NCBI GenBank assembly: GCA_964567825.1
Contig: CAZMNX010000002.1
Location: 62,767 to 126,766 of the forward strand
DNA from: an uncultured Candidatus Saccharibacteria bacterium
Lineage (GTDB): Bacteria; Patescibacteriota; Minisyncoccia; Phycocordibacterales; GWA1-40-21
DNA length: 64,000 nt
Direction of reading: 5' to 3'
Numbering within the stretch: the first letter of the stretch is position 1; each line of letters opens with the position of its first letter. Shown here piece by piece: positions 53,977 to 64,000 of the stretch. Made by a program: the position numbers and the translations under genes. Below the pieces are notes generated by a model. It was not told the DNA's origin and did not search any database. It saw only the letters and a program-made list of their open reading frames with translations.

Positions 53977-55064
53977 TAAAACTGAATGGGGCCCTGCGGA
54001 GAAAGCAATTCAACAGATTTTATAGAATCATACTGAGTAAGCGTATCCTTCAAGACTGATAATAAATGTGAACTCTCACAACTACTCAGAGAACCGATTG
54101 GCTTACCCGCCTTAGTCAAATTACTTTCCAACATGACTTTGGCTACACCGTTTACGATAGTTACTGATTTATAAGAACCATAAGTGTATAATTCTTCAGC
54201 AAAAAGAATCCTTAAGGAGGTATCGGTCACCGTGGTAGTTTTAGGAATTTTGTAAAGTGCCTTGTGAGTGACACTACAGCTATTGGTTGCGACTTGGGCT
54301 TTGTCTTGAATATACAGAATTAAATCCATAAATTCTACAGGAGTAATAGTTGGCGCCAGCTTTAGAGAATCTAAAATCTGATTCATTATCATCTCTTCTT
54401 GTGAGGGTAAAATGACACCGGGAAGGCTCAAATACTTTTGTTTATCCATGATCGCGTCACTAAGCTCGGTAATAAGTGAACGAGTAATTACCAGCGTCTG
54501 ATTAATGGAGGTAGGAAAATAATATATAAGAGAACCACAACCCTCTACTCCAACCTGAATTTTGTAACCACTTAAAGAATTAGTTTTGAAAGGATTACTG
54601 TAAACATAGCTTTCTCCTGGGGAAGCACTACTTTGTAGTAAACTGCTTAGGTTTTGATTGAAAAGTTGAAAAGAAACATTAAAATCAGTCAACCTTTCAA
54701 GGACTGTTCCATCGCCCTTAAAGTCACATGGGTCCATATGTTTAAAAGGCACTGAGTGTTCAAGCACAACTTTTCCACTAACCTGTTGCATCGAAAGTAA
54801 GGTAGGATATTCAAATTGTAAACCCGCACTATTATATTTCAAATTAGCAGCCTTGGGGCAAACAAACTCACACTTCGGTCCGCTACGACCAACATAGGAA
54901 CCATCAGGACATTGTTTAGCGTCCATGGTACAGGCAATAGGTGTATCGAAAACAGCTGGAGCCTCAGCCTTTTTATCAACAAATATATAAACTCCGCCAC
55001 CAATTATTAAAATAGCAATAATAACTACTAATAAAGAAACGATAAAACCTTTGGTATTCTTCAT
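53976..55064 (-). CDS. secreted/membrane-anchored Cys-containing protein of unknown function (362 aa)
   Basis: N-terminal TM/signal anchor FIVSLLVVIIAILIIGGGVYIF, Cys-rich region CTMDAKQCPDG...CEFVCP. Confidence 0.45.
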   Translation of the reverse strand: MKNTKGFIVSLLVVIIAILIIGGGVYIFVDKKAEAPAVFDTPIACTMDAKQCPDGSYVGRSGPKCEFVCPKAANLKYNSAGLQFEYPTLLSMQQVSGKVVLEHSVPFKHMDPCDFKGDGTVLERLTDFNVSFQLFNQNLSSLLQSSASPGESYVYSNPFKTNSLSGYKIQVGVEGCGSLIYYFPTSINQTLVITRSLITELSDAIMDKQKYLSLPGVILPSQEEMIMNQILDSLKLAPTITPVEFMDLILYIQDKAQVATNSCSVTHKALYKIPKTTTVTDTSLRILFAEELYTYGSYKSVTIVNGVAKVMLESNLTKAGKPIGSLSSCESSHLLSVLKDTLTQYDSIKSVELLSPQGPIQF

Positions 55065-55081
55065 GGCTCAATTATACGCCC

Positions 55082-55753
55082 CTATTGGTTTTTTCTCCAC
55101 TCCTCGATCTTTTTATGATTACCCGACAAAAGCACGGGTGGCACTTTATATTTCTTGCCTTTATAAATTAAGACCTCTGGGCGGGTGTACATTTCCGAAC
55201 TGGCAACTCGTTCTTCCTCGCGTGAAGCAAAATTACCGAGCACCCCTTCAATCTGCCGCGCTACGCAGTCGGCGATAATCATGGCTGGTAATTCCCCGCC
55301 GGTCAGCACAAAAGGTCCCACCGAAATTTGTTCGGCTTTGAAAATTTTAATTACACGAGAATCAACTCCTTCATATCGTCCGCAAATTATAATAATATCA
55401 TTATACTTTTTTGAAATATTTTTAGCATAAACTGTATCAAACTGTTTACCCGACGGAGACAGAAAAATAACTTTTGCTTTATTTTTAATTTTAACCTTCC
55501 TTAAAGCCGCTTCAATTGCTTTAATCATCGGCTCCGCTTGCATGACCATGCCCGGACCACCACCGTACGGTTTATCGTCCACCCGCAAATATGGTTTGGC
55601 ATTTTTCTTTTGACCAGCGGTTGGCTTTACATAGTCTCGAGGGTTATAAAAATTAAATTTAATCTTCCCCTCCTTCTGCGCCCGCGCCAAAATCGACTCA
55701 TTTAGATATGAGTCAAACATCTCGGGAAATAAAGTGATGATGTGAAAATTCAT
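55082..55753 (-). CDS. trmD: tRNA (guanine37-N1)-methyltransferase
   Basis: MNFHIITLFPEMFDSYLNESILARAQ SPOUT/TrmD signature. Confidence 0.9.
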   Translation of the reverse strand: MNFHIITLFPEMFDSYLNESILARAQKEGKIKFNFYNPRDYVKPTAGQKKNAKPYLRVDDKPYGGGPGMVMQAEPMIKAIEAALRKVKIKNKAKVIFLSPSGKQFDTVYAKNISKKYNDIIIICGRYEGVDSRVIKIFKAEQISVGPFVLTGGELPAMIIADCVARQIEGVLGNFASREEERVASSEMYTRPEVLIYKGKKYKVPPVLLSGNHKKIEEWRKNQ

Positions 55754-55789
55754 AATCTCAATCTATCAATTCAGACCAGCAAAGTAAAG

Positions 55790-56239
55790 CTATTTATTCT
55801 CCCAAGCGGAAACAACTGCCAAGGATTCGGCTTCCAATTCCGGAATCTGAACGATTTCAATCGGCCGAAGAAGACTCTGATTAATATCCGAAGTGTTATA
55901 GTGTCCGCCATAATATTCTGGTGATACTTTTTCTTTAGCACAAGCAAAAACTATTCTAGAAATTCCTGCCCACATCGCCGCGCCAAAACACATGAGGCAC
56001 GGTTGCATCGAAGCATACAAAGTAGCACCAGTTAAATTTCCTGAATTAATATTTTTAAAAGCATCACGGATAGAAACCATTTCACCGTGGCAGGTTGAAT
56101 CTTTGAGCAAGTTACCGACAGAAATTCCCGCACCGATAATTTTCCCGTTTTGCACCACAATCGCTCCCGCCGGAAAGCCACCAGCCGCCACCGATTCCCT
56201 GGCTTTCTCTATTGCTTTGAGTAGAAATTCTCGGTCCAT
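55790..56239 (-). CDS. CMP/dCMP-type zinc deaminase (tRNA adenosine deaminase TadA-like)
   Basis: HGEMVSIRDA (HxE) and PCLMCFGA (PCxxC) zinc-binding motifs. Confidence 0.75.
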   Translation of the reverse strand: MDREFLLKAIEKARESVAAGGFPAGAIVVQNGKIIGAGISVGNLLKDSTCHGEMVSIRDAFKNINSGNLTGATLYASMQPCLMCFGAAMWAGISRIVFACAKEKVSPEYYGGHYNTSDINQSLLRPIEIVQIPELEAESLAVVSAWENK

Positions 56240-56312
56240 GATATATCAAATCTATCAAACTGAGCTTGGTTAGTAAAGTGACTTTACCCCTCCACCCTAG
56301 ACACTATATATT

Positions 56313-57032
56313 TTATCTAATTATCACCGACTTAAAAAAGTTTTCTTGAAAATTGGTTTGTTTTCTTATTTCTTCATCGGAAATATTATCTATTTCTTTT
56401 GGAATAATCACCAATTTATCATCGTCGTCATTGGTTCTATGAATTACGGCCACACATTTGCCTTTATAATTTTCAATAGGTTCATCAATTTCTAAAACAT
56501 AAGCGTCTAACTCTTCCCCATCCGGCGATAAGGTATTCGGAACAAAGCCATAGTTAGAATCATAAATAAAATTATGTTTAGGATGTTTTGAACCCTTCGG
56601 ACGGTCAATTTTAATTTCAACAATTTTTCCCAAGTAAGATTCGGCTTTATTTATGACTCCGGCAATCTCAAATATTAATTTACTTACCTCGTCATCTTTC
56701 TTCCAAACAACAATACTCTTTCTAAATATTTCAGCCTGAAATAAATCTGGCTTACCACCAGCAATTTCTCTTAACTTCTCAATAGATCTAATTACAATAT
56801 TATATTCCTTCCCATTATATTGATAAACATATTCTCCTTTTGTATACTTTTTTTCCACATCGATCGGTAATATAAAAAGAAGATCAATATCGGAATCTGA
56901 CCGATTAGTGCCCTTGGCAACCGAACCATACAAAATAATTGCTTTTAGGTAACCTTCAATGTCTTGGTACCACAGCTCGCTTATGATTCTTTTTTTTAGA
57001 AAATCCTTTATTAATTCTTGATACTTTTCCAC
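56313..57032 (-). CDS. Pol-beta-superfamily nucleotidyltransferase fused to an inorganic-pyrophosphatase-like C-terminal domain
   Basis: N-terminal LYGSVAKGTNRSDSDIDLLFILP (GS...DxD NTase motif). The C-terminus NYGFVPNTLSPDGEELDAYVLEI...KLVIIP parallels the family I PPase motif YPxNYGYIxxTLxxDGDPxDVLV, with partial substitution of the Asp cluster. Confidence 0.6.
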   Translation of the reverse strand: MEKYQELIKDFLKKRIISELWYQDIEGYLKAIILYGSVAKGTNRSDSDIDLLFILPIDVEKKYTKGEYVYQYNGKEYNIVIRSIEKLREIAGGKPDLFQAEIFRKSIVVWKKDDEVSKLIFEIAGVINKAESYLGKIVEIKIDRPKGSKHPKHNFIYDSNYGFVPNTLSPDGEELDAYVLEIDEPIENYKGKCVAVIHRTNDDDDKLVIIPKEIDNISDEEIRKQTNFQENFFKSVIIR

Positions 57033-57082
57033 CTAAAAAGTATAGCACAAACTAACTGAGTTAATGAAAAGCAGAGTGATTT

Positions 57083-57721
57083 CTACTTTAGTACTTCAAT
57101 AATAGGATGTCCCAAATGAATACCTCCAGTTAACTCATCTTTAAGAATCTCAAGATTTCCTTTTAGATCTTTACGTTCTGATCTGTTGAGAAATAATTTG
57201 TTACCTCTTTTCTCAAACACAATTTGAGGGGCACCATCGTTTTCTCTTACAAGATTAAGTTCGAAAGGACTAACTTCCAGTCCGTATTCAGTTACTGTCA
57301 CTACCTCACCTGGACGATACTCACCATCATTTTCTTTCAACAACTCTACAAGCCTATCTACTTCTCCTTGAGAAACAAAAAACAATTCTCTCATAATCGG
57401 TTGAAATTTAAAATGGTTACCCTCCCCGCTCATGAATTCATGTTGATCGGGTATCATCTTTGCTCTTAAGGTTTGTCCGGTTACTAGTTGAAAGTAAGTT
57501 GAACCATTAGCGGTCTTAAATACTCGGTTAAATCTTTCCTTTTCTAATGAAAGTTGAGTAACAAATTCTTCGCGTATTTTTGAAATCGCTTTTACGACCT
57601 CGCCATTATCTAGAACAGTATATTCATTTTCACGTAAATTATCCAGCCTCAAAGAAAGTTCCTCCAAACTCACGGGCGCCAGCTCAACTGTTTCTTGCCG
57701 ATTACTACTTGAGTTATCCAT
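57083..57721 (-). CDS. hypothetical protein (212 aa)
   Basis: ORF-track start at 57772 would overlap tRNA-Tyr; internal ATG at 57721 (MDNSSSNRQ...) avoids this; no motif. Confidence 0.4.
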   Translation of the reverse strand: MDNSSSNRQETVELAPVSLEELSLRLDNLRENEYTVLDNGEVVKAISKIREEFVTQLSLEKERFNRVFKTANGSTYFQLVTGQTLRAKMIPDQHEFMSGEGNHFKFQPIMRELFFVSQGEVDRLVELLKENDGEYRPGEVVTVTEYGLEVSPFELNLVRENDGAPQIVFEKRGNKLFLNRSERKDLKGNLEILKDELTGGIHLGHPIIEVLK

Positions 57722-57745
57722 AATATAAAAAATTTTCTTATTAAG

Positions 57746-57831
57746 TGGTGCGCCGAGTTGGACTCGAACCAACGATGCCCATTGGGCCGCAGATTTACAG
57801 TCTGCTGGAATAGCCGCTATCCGATCGGCGC
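57746..57831 (-). tRNA. tRNA-Tyr (anticodon GTA), type II with long variable arm, CCA encoded
   Basis: GCGCCGA acceptor, anticodon stem GCAGA/TCTGC loop CTGTAAA, variable arm GCCCAATGGGC, T-loop TTCGAGT. Confidence 0.8.
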
Positions 57832-57871
57832 ATATTGCGACCTACACACTCTATCAGATTTTAGAGACGAA

Positions 57872-60577
57872 TCAAGCGCTCCCTTTCCCCGCCTTGGTTA
57901 GGGCGGGGTGGTGAGTCTGCGAACCGGGGCGGTTGTTCTTCCCTTTCACCTCAAAAGTAAACTCCTTATTTTTTTGATCAACATTGATAGTGCCGCCGGC
58001 CGAAACGCCGCGAGAGATCATCAGTGATGCCACGGGATTGAGAATTTTATTTTGAATCAAGCGCTTTAAAGGACGAGCGCCGTATTGTGGATTGTAGCCT
58101 TCTTTAGCTAGGTACGAAACCACTTCTTTACTAATCACCAATTTAATTTCTTTTTCTTCTAGGCGTTTACGGACAATATCAAGCTGAATATTCACGATTT
58201 CCGCCACCGCTTTTTCACTCAAAATATCAAAGATAATAACATCGTCCAAACGATTCAAGAATTCCGGACGGAAATGCTCTTTGAGGGCGCGAGTCACTTT
58301 ATCCTTCACATCTTCATATTCAGCTTTTTTGGTTTTATCCATACTGAAACCAATTTCTTCCATTTTATCGATAAACTGTGCTCCGATATTTGAGGTCAAA
58401 ATAATTACTGTATTTTTAAAGTTAACCACGCGGCCTTTAGCATCCGTTAAATGACCACTGTCCAAAACTTGAAGCAAAATATTAAAGACTTCTGGATGAG
58501 CTTTTTCGATTTCATCAAAAAGAATAACTGAGTATGGGCGATGTCGCACCATCTCGGTCAAATTTCCCCCTTCTTCATAACCAACATAGCCAGGTGGTGA
58601 GCCAATCAGTTTAGAAACAGCGTGGCGTTCCATAAATTCCGACATATCCACGCGAATAAGCGCTTTATCATCATCAAACATAAATTCGGCTAAAGCTTTG
58701 GTTAATTCTGTTTTACCGACGCCAGTTGGACCCAAGAAAATAAATGAGCCAATCGGTCTATTTGGATCGGCGATGCCAGCGCGAGAACGCTTAATAGTGT
58801 CTGAAATTTTCTGCACGGCTTCGTCTTGACCAATAATTCTTTTCTTCAGCTCCTCTTCCATTCGATTAAGTTTTTCGGCTTCGGCTTCGAGCATTCTTTT
58901 TACCGGTACACCAGTCCAACGCGAAACAATATCGGCAATATCTTCTTCGCCAATCTCCTCCTTGAGCATACGGCGTGAACTTTGCAATTGCTTTAGGCGC
59001 TTAATCTTGGTAGCCAAATCTTTTTCCATTTGAGGAATTTTACCGTAACGAATTTCCGCGGCCTTCGCTAAATCTACCTTCACTTCAGCCGCCTCGGCTT
59101 CGATCTTGGCCTGCTCCAAGCCTTTTTTCAGAGCTTTAATTTCCACAATTGTCTCCTTCTCGTTTTTCCATTTTAATTCGATTTCGGAAGTTTTTTCTTT
59201 GAAATCCGCAATCTCTTTCTCAATTATTTTCACGCGCGCTTTAGCTTTTTTGCCGCCAGCGGCTGCTTCTTTTTTCAAAGCCTCACGTTCGATTTCCAAA
59301 CGTAAAACTTTACGATGGGTTTCTTCCAAAATCGGTGGCATATTTTCCAAAGAAATTTTCAAAGCCGATGAAGCCTCGTCGATCAAATCGACGGCTTTGT
59401 CTGGCAAAAAACGATCCGTAATATAGCGTGAACTTAAATTTACCGCCGAGATAATCGCATCATCAGTAATGCGCACACCGTGATAGAGTTCATATTTATC
59501 TTTCAAACCACGTAAAATTGCAATGGCATCTTCGATCGAAGGCTCACTTACGTAAACAGACTGAAAACGACGAGTTAAGGCTGGATCTTTTTCTATCTTC
59601 TGAAATTCCTTGGTGGTCGTAGCACCAATGGTTCTAAATTCCCCACGGGACAAAGCCGGCTTGAGCATATTCGAAGCATCAAGCGACCCTTCGGCCGAAC
59701 CCGCCCCGACAATGGTGTGGATTTCATCAATAAAAACAATAATTTTACCTTCCGATTTTTCTATTTCTTTTATAATATTTTTTAAACGCTCCTCAAATTC
59801 ACCGCGATATTTTGTTCCGGCAATCAGAAGCCCCATATCCAGTGAAACTAATTCTTTATCTTTAAGTGATTCGGGCACATCACCCTGAGACATTCTTAGG
59901 GCCAAGCCTTCGACAATAGCAGTTTTACCCACCCCGGCTTCACCAATCAAAATCGGATTATTTTTTGTGCGGCGCGATAAAATTTGAATGATGCGAGAAA
60001 TTTCATTATCCCGACCAATAACCGGGTCAAGTTTATTCTCCTTGGCCATCTTTGTTAGGTTCCTGGTATATTTAGAAATCGCCCGTAACTTTTTAACGGC
60101 TGGGACCTCACCATTATTGTTAGTTTTAAATTCAGCTAAAACTTTAATAATCTTCACTCGATCAATCTTGAATTTAGCGAGAATTTCTCGAGCCGGGCTT
60201 GGTACATCTAAAACACCGATAAATAAGTGCTCGGTGGAAATAAAATCGTCTTTCAATTCAGCTGCCACCTTGCCGGAAGCCTCAATTACCTGAGCCAGCT
60301 CGGGTGTTAAATAAATCTGCATCGCCGGCGAAGAAATATTAGCCTGGGTAGTCGTACCGTCAATAATATCTAGAAGTGAATCGGTTAGCAGTATGACGTC
60401 AATTTCTAGGCGATCAAGAATAGACGAAACCATGCTTTCCTCTTGCATAATTAAGGCGATCAAAAGATGCACCGGATTCACATGATTTTGGCCGCGCTCA
60501 ATGGCTAATTCATGTGCTCGGCGAATGACTTCCTTGGCCTTAGTTGTAAAATTATTGAACGGAGGCATAACTGACAA
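57872..60577 (-). CDS. clpB: ATP-dependent chaperone ClpB
   Basis: Clp N-domain, two AAA+ modules ([15 protein letters not shown]; [15 protein letters not shown]) separated by a long coiled-coil M-domain. Confidence 0.9.
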   Translation of the reverse strand: MSVMPPFNNFTTKAKEVIRRAHELAIERGQNHVNPVHLLIALIMQEESMVSSILDRLEIDVILLTDSLLDIIDGTTTQANISSPAMQIYLTPELAQVIEASGKVAAELKDDFISTEHLFIGVLDVPSPAREILAKFKIDRVKIIKVLAEFKTNNNGEVPAVKKLRAISKYTRNLTKMAKENKLDPVIGRDNEISRIIQILSRRTKNNPILIGEAGVGKTAIVEGLALRMSQGDVPESLKDKELVSLDMGLLIAGTKYRGEFEERLKNIIKEIEKSEGKIIVFIDEIHTIVGAGSAEGSLDASNMLKPALSRGEFRTIGATTTKEFQKIEKDPALTRRFQSVYVSEPSIEDAIAILRGLKDKYELYHGVRITDDAIISAVNLSSRYITDRFLPDKAVDLIDEASSALKISLENMPPILEETHRKVLRLEIEREALKKEAAAGGKKAKARVKIIEKEIADFKEKTSEIELKWKNEKETIVEIKALKKGLEQAKIEAEAAEVKVDLAKAAEIRYGKIPQMEKDLATKIKRLKQLQSSRRMLKEEIGEEDIADIVSRWTGVPVKRMLEAEAEKLNRMEEELKKRIIGQDEAVQKISDTIKRSRAGIADPNRPIGSFIFLGPTGVGKTELTKALAEFMFDDDKALIRVDMSEFMERHAVSKLIGSPPGYVGYEEGGNLTEMVRHRPYSVILFDEIEKAHPEVFNILLQVLDSGHLTDAKGRVVNFKNTVIILTSNIGAQFIDKMEEIGFSMDKTKKAEYEDVKDKVTRALKEHFRPEFLNRLDDVIIFDILSEKAVAEIVNIQLDIVRKRLEEKEIKLVISKEVVSYLAKEGYNPQYGARPLKRLIQNKILNPVASLMISRGVSAGGTINVDQKNKEFTFEVKGKNNRPGSQTHHPALTKAGKGSA

Positions 60578-61436
60578 TTTCTTGTTTTAAAATATTCGAT
60601 GGTAAAAAGTTGAATTGGGTTGAAAGATTTGAGCTAACACGAATACCAACGACTTCACCATAAAGATTCAACAATGGACCGCCTGGTAAACTATCAGTTA
60701 AATTAATGTTTGTCGAGATACCAACGATTTCTCTTTTGACCGGAACCGTGGTGGTAGCGGTTGTGCTAGTAGCAACGGTTTCATTTTTTCCTTCAGTATC
60801 TACAACACTGGAAACGATGCCGGTCGAAACAGCGTTACGGGTATCACCACCCCAAGCAATAACCGTCTGACCAAGTTTCAAACTATTTGAATCAGAAAAA
60901 CTAACTGGCACAAACACCATTGGGCTTTTTTCATCCTGAATTACCTTTAGGAAATAAAACTTTAGGCCTTCTTTTTTAACCAAAACTGTTACTTTATTGA
61001 ATTTAACACCGTCGAGTGAAATAACATATTTGCCTTGTGGATCAAGGAAAATATCACCCGTGGCAATCAAGCCATCCTTAGAGACTAAAGTACCCAAACC
61101 AACAAAGGTTCTCGGTGCCACGTCCCCGCCGTCTGTAACATCGGAATAAATTCGAACGATACTATTTTTATTTTTATCAACCGATTCAACAATCTTATCG
61201 TCCTCCTTGACCACCACGGTCTCACGAGTGACCACCGCAGCCGAATTACTAGCCGCTGGAGCCGTAACCACTTTTTCAATAGTTCTTTCTACCACGCGGT
61301 TAATTGTTTGGGTGACGCCAGCTGGCGCTTGATCCATGAGGGCCACAGTCACAATGCCGGTGGCAATAGACGTGACAAAGCTCACCAATAAGGTGACTAG
61401 GACGATCTGTTGTTTAGTGAGTTTTTCCATATCCAT
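60552..61436 (-). CDS. membrane-anchored trypsin-like serine protease (HtrA/S1C-like, no PDZ)
   Basis: N-terminal TM; TDSLPGGPLLNLYGEVVGI parallels the GNSGGPL active-site Ser region. Confidence 0.55.
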   Translation of the reverse strand: MDMEKLTKQQIVLVTLLVSFVTSIATGIVTVALMDQAPAGVTQTINRVVERTIEKVVTAPAASNSAAVVTRETVVVKEDDKIVESVDKNKNSIVRIYSDVTDGGDVAPRTFVGLGTLVSKDGLIATGDIFLDPQGKYVISLDGVKFNKVTVLVKKEGLKFYFLKVIQDEKSPMVFVPVSFSDSNSLKLGQTVIAWGGDTRNAVSTGIVSSVVDTEGKNETVATSTTATTTVPVKREIVGISTNINLTDSLPGGPLLNLYGEVVGIRVSSNLSTQFNFLPSNILKQEIVSYASVQ

Positions 61437-61459
61437 AGTAAACTTATTATAGAACTTTT

Positions 61460-62650
61460 TTAGGAAAATGCAAATTTTTGTTTTTGAACTTCTTTTTTAA
61501 GAATTGTGACAACATAATTGATATCTTTTCTAGAAATATTTTCAGCCAAAGAAAATCGTAAGCTAGTTTTAGCTCGCCAGTTTTCCCCACCCAAGGCTCG
61601 CACCACAAAGGATTCTTCAGCATCACGTTCGCAAGAACTTTTGGTTGAGCAAACGATTCCCGCTTCATCTAAGCATAAAACCAAAAACTCGGAATTAATA
61701 TTTGAAACAGAAATGTTTAAATTATTCGGCAACCTTTTTTCTAAATCGCCATTTAAAATTACGCCGGGGATTTTTGCTTGAACATTTTGCCAAAAATAAT
61801 CTCTAACAACTTTCACTTTTTTATTATTCTTAATCCAATCTTTTCTGGCTAATTCAAAAGTTTTGGCCAAACCAACAATCAATGGTACGTTTTCTGTTCC
61901 CGATCTTAAACCTTTTTCTTGGCCTCCTCCAAAAAGCACTGGCGAAATTTCCAGATTAGCTTTTTTAAATAACACTCCCACCCCTTTTGGCCCATTCATC
62001 TTTTGGCCATCGAGGGTCATCAAATCTACTCCCAACTGATTCACGTTTAAATCGAGCCACAGCCCGGCCTGACTAGCATCAGTGTGAAAAAGTGGAGAGG
62101 ATTTTCCTAATAGGCTTTTCCTAGCGTGCCTGATTTCCTTAGCAATTTCTCGAATTGGTTGAACGGTACCAATTTCATTATTAGCATAACCAACTGAAAC
62201 CAAAATTGTATTCGGTTTAATTAATTTTCTTAAATCCTTCACTTCAACGATCCCACTTTCTTTAACTTTTAAATAATCAACTTTAGCTCCCCTTCGCTCT
62301 AATTCTTTAAAACATTCCGTAACCGAGCTGTGCTCAATATTAGTAGTAATAAAATGAAAATCAGATAATTTAATTTTATGCTGTTTTAGCAAGTAATTAA
62401 CAACTCCAATAATCGCCAGATTATTTGATTCTGTACCCCCAGAAGTAAAAATAACCTCGTTTGGACGCCTTAGTAGACTGTCAGCAATTGTTTTCCTGGC
62501 TTTTTCTACGGCTTGCCTAGCGATTACCCCTCCTTTTGTGATGGCGCTAGGATTACCAAAGTTTTCAGTCCAATAGGGTTTCATAGCCAAAATAACCTCC
62601 GGGCGAACTGGAGTGGTCGAAGCATTATCTAAATAAATCATTTTAGCCAT
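61460..62650 (-). CDS. cysteine desulfurase (class V aminotransferase, NifS/IscS-like)
   Basis: IYLDNASTTPVRPEV start region, PLP-Lys HK motif, catalytic SCERD loop. The ORF-track start 62761 would overlap the divergent DUF4446 gene, so the ATG at 62650 is preferred. Confidence 0.8.
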   Translation of the reverse strand: MAKMIYLDNASTTPVRPEVILAMKPYWTENFGNPSAITKGGVIARQAVEKARKTIADSLLRRPNEVIFTSGGTESNNLAIIGVVNYLLKQHKIKLSDFHFITTNIEHSSVTECFKELERRGAKVDYLKVKESGIVEVKDLRKLIKPNTILVSVGYANNEIGTVQPIREIAKEIRHARKSLLGKSSPLFHTDASQAGLWLDLNVNQLGVDLMTLDGQKMNGPKGVGVLFKKANLEISPVLFGGGQEKGLRSGTENVPLIVGLAKTFELARKDWIKNNKKVKVVRDYFWQNVQAKIPGVILNGDLEKRLPNNLNISVSNINSEFLVLCLDEAGIVCSTKSSCERDAEESFVVRALGGENWRAKTSLRFSLAENISRKDINYVVTILKKEVQKQKFAFS

Positions 62651-62717
62651 AAACGCATCATATATAAAACCTTGTCCCTTTGCAAATCGGCGCAAATACT
62701 GTATAATCCCTAACTGT

Positions 62718-63188
62718 ATGACGTTTGAAATATACATCTTAGGCGCCTTGGCGCTGGTCATAGTTATTCTCTTTATTTGGATAATATGGCTTCAAAATAA
62801 ATTGGGGAAACTACTAATTGGCAAAACAAAAAATCTTGACGATTCTTTTGCTCTATTAGAAAAAGAAATAACTGATTTTAAAAAGTTTCGAACCATCGCC
62901 GAAGCCACTTTCAAGAGCAACGATGCTCGCTTAAAGAAAACTGTGTCTGGGGTAGAAACAATTCGTTTTAATCCGTTTAAGGGTGACGGCTCAGGCGGCA
63001 ATCAAAGCTTTGCCACCGCCTTCTTAAATGAGGAAAAAAATGGCGTCGTTATTTCCAGCATGTATTCACGCGATCACGTTAGTGTTTTTTCCAAGCCAAT
63101 CAAAAATATGAATTCTGAACAGGGTGAATTAACCGCCGAAGAAAAAGAAGCTTTATATAAAGCGAGCGAAGCAACCAAAACAAAATAA
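62718..63188 (+). CDS. DUF4446-like membrane-anchored protein
   Basis: N-terminal TM then RFNPFKGDGSGGNQSFATAFLNEEKNGVVISSMYSRD resembling DUF4446 (FNPF...GGDQSF...NGVVISS). Confidence 0.5.
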   Translation: MTFEIYILGALALVIVILFIWIIWLQNKLGKLLIGKTKNLDDSFALLEKEITDFKKFRTIAEATFKSNDARLKKTVSGVETIRFNPFKGDGSGGNQSFATAFLNEEKNGVVISSMYSRDHVSVFSKPIKNMNSEQGELTAEEKEALYKASEATKTK

Positions 63189-63228
63189 AATGAACGTTTT
63201 TCGTTTAAATTTAATTTCCACAAATCAA

Positions 63229-64000
63229 TATGGACAAAGCGAATGCACAAAAGCAAATCGAACGTCCGCCCGTGATCTGCATCATGGGGCATATTGACCA
63301 TGGTAAAAGCACACTCCTAGATTACATTCGTAAAACTAATATTGTCGATAAAGAAGCTGGCGGTATTACTCAAAAAATATCAGCCTATGAGGTCGTACAC
63401 AAAGGTAAAAAAATTACCTTCCTGGACACCCCCGGCCATGAAAGCTTCTCGAAAATACGCGAGCGTGGCGCTAGTGCCGCCGATATTGCTGTTCTGGTGG
63501 TGTCAGCCGAAGACGGCGTTAAAAAGCAAACACTTGAAGCAATGAAATGCATCAAGGACAGCGAGACACCTTTTATTGTAGCGATTAATAAAATTGATAA
63601 ACCCGGAGCCGATATCGAACGAACCAAAGTTAATTTAGCCGAAAACGAAATCTATTTGGAAGGTTACGGCGGCGAAACCCCCTTCGTGCCGATTTCCGCT
63701 AAGACCGGCCAAGGAGTTGATGACTTACTAGACTTAATGCTTTTAGTAGCTGAAATTGAAGAATTAAAAGGTGATACTGGTAAAAACGCCGAAGGTGTAA
63801 TCATTGAGGCCAACCTGGATAAGAAAAAAGGTATTTCCGCCACCATGATTATTAAAGACGGCTCTCTGAAAAATGGGATGTTTATTACGGCAGGAAAGGC
63901 TTTGGCTCCAATTAGAATTGCCGAGGACTTTTTGGGTAAAAAAATCACTGAGGCCACCTTTTCTTCTCCGATCCGAATCATTGGCTTTGATGAATTACCG
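63229..64000 (+). CDS. infB: translation initiation factor IF-2 (short N-terminus), 5' part; continues beyond window
   Basis: G-domain motifs IMGHIDHGKSTLLD, DTPGHESF, NKIDK directly after start; open to window end. Confidence 0.85.

Noticed and set aside
1-64000. CRISPR arrays, rRNA genes, integrases, transposases, IS inverted repeats
   Set aside because: No regularly spaced direct repeats, no rRNA-like conserved stretches and no recombinase or transposase motifs were seen on either strand.

Overview
This 64-kb window looks like a stretch of a low-GC (about 35-40% GC) bacterial chromosome with a reduced, housekeeping-dominated gene set. The core genes include serS, dprA-topA, rel, parB, miaA, rpmG-tRNA-Trp, alr, rpsP, rnr, mscL, tspO, the rnc-smc block, rpmF, rnhB, trmD, clpB, iscS-like and infB, plus short forms of DnaX, Rel and SMC. 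Long ORFs stay intact under the standard code, so TGA is a stop here. Synteny and protein sizes suggest a Patescibacteria/CPR-like or otherwise streamlined lineage, but that is an inference from sequence alone. I call about 80 CDSs and four tRNAs: Gln-TTG, Leu-CAA, Trp-CCA and Tyr-GTA. No rRNA, CRISPR array or obvious mobile element is visible. Most genes lie on the minus strand in long co-directional runs.

The most striking structure is compositional mosaicism. Seven compact GC-rich cassettes of about 60% GC and 0.3-5.5 kb sit in intergenic gaps between core genes. They are mostly preceded by near-consensus TTGACA-N16/17-TATAAT promoters and a Shine-Dalgarno sequence, and each has an intrinsic-terminator-like hairpin. 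The largest, 34.4-39.9 kb, is a Ter-type stress-response cluster: TerC, TerD, two TelA-like or coiled-coil proteins, a TerY-like vWA protein and a DUF4342 protein. Its TerC promoter is a near-identical 33-nt copy of the promoter that drives an adjacent low-GC operon encoding PRTase-like, HAD-phosphatase and PRTase-like proteins. This arrangement is reminiscent of the Ter-linked nucleoside-like-metabolite modules proposed from comparative genomics.

Other notable points are:
- Five NUDIX or NUDIX-like genes, including a NusB-NUDIX fusion.
- A nucleotidyltransferase fused to an inorganic-pyrophosphatase-like domain.
- A HAD(NT5C-like)-NUDIX gene interrupted by an in-frame TGA at the catalytic motif.
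- A minus-strand block of two ATP-grasp ligases, an aminotransferase, E1 alpha/beta, a 2-hydroxyacid dehydrogenase and a NUDIX gene that looks biosynthetic.
- An orphan MazF/PemK toxin.
- A structured GC-rich candidate ncRNA with its own terminator immediately upstream of dnaX.
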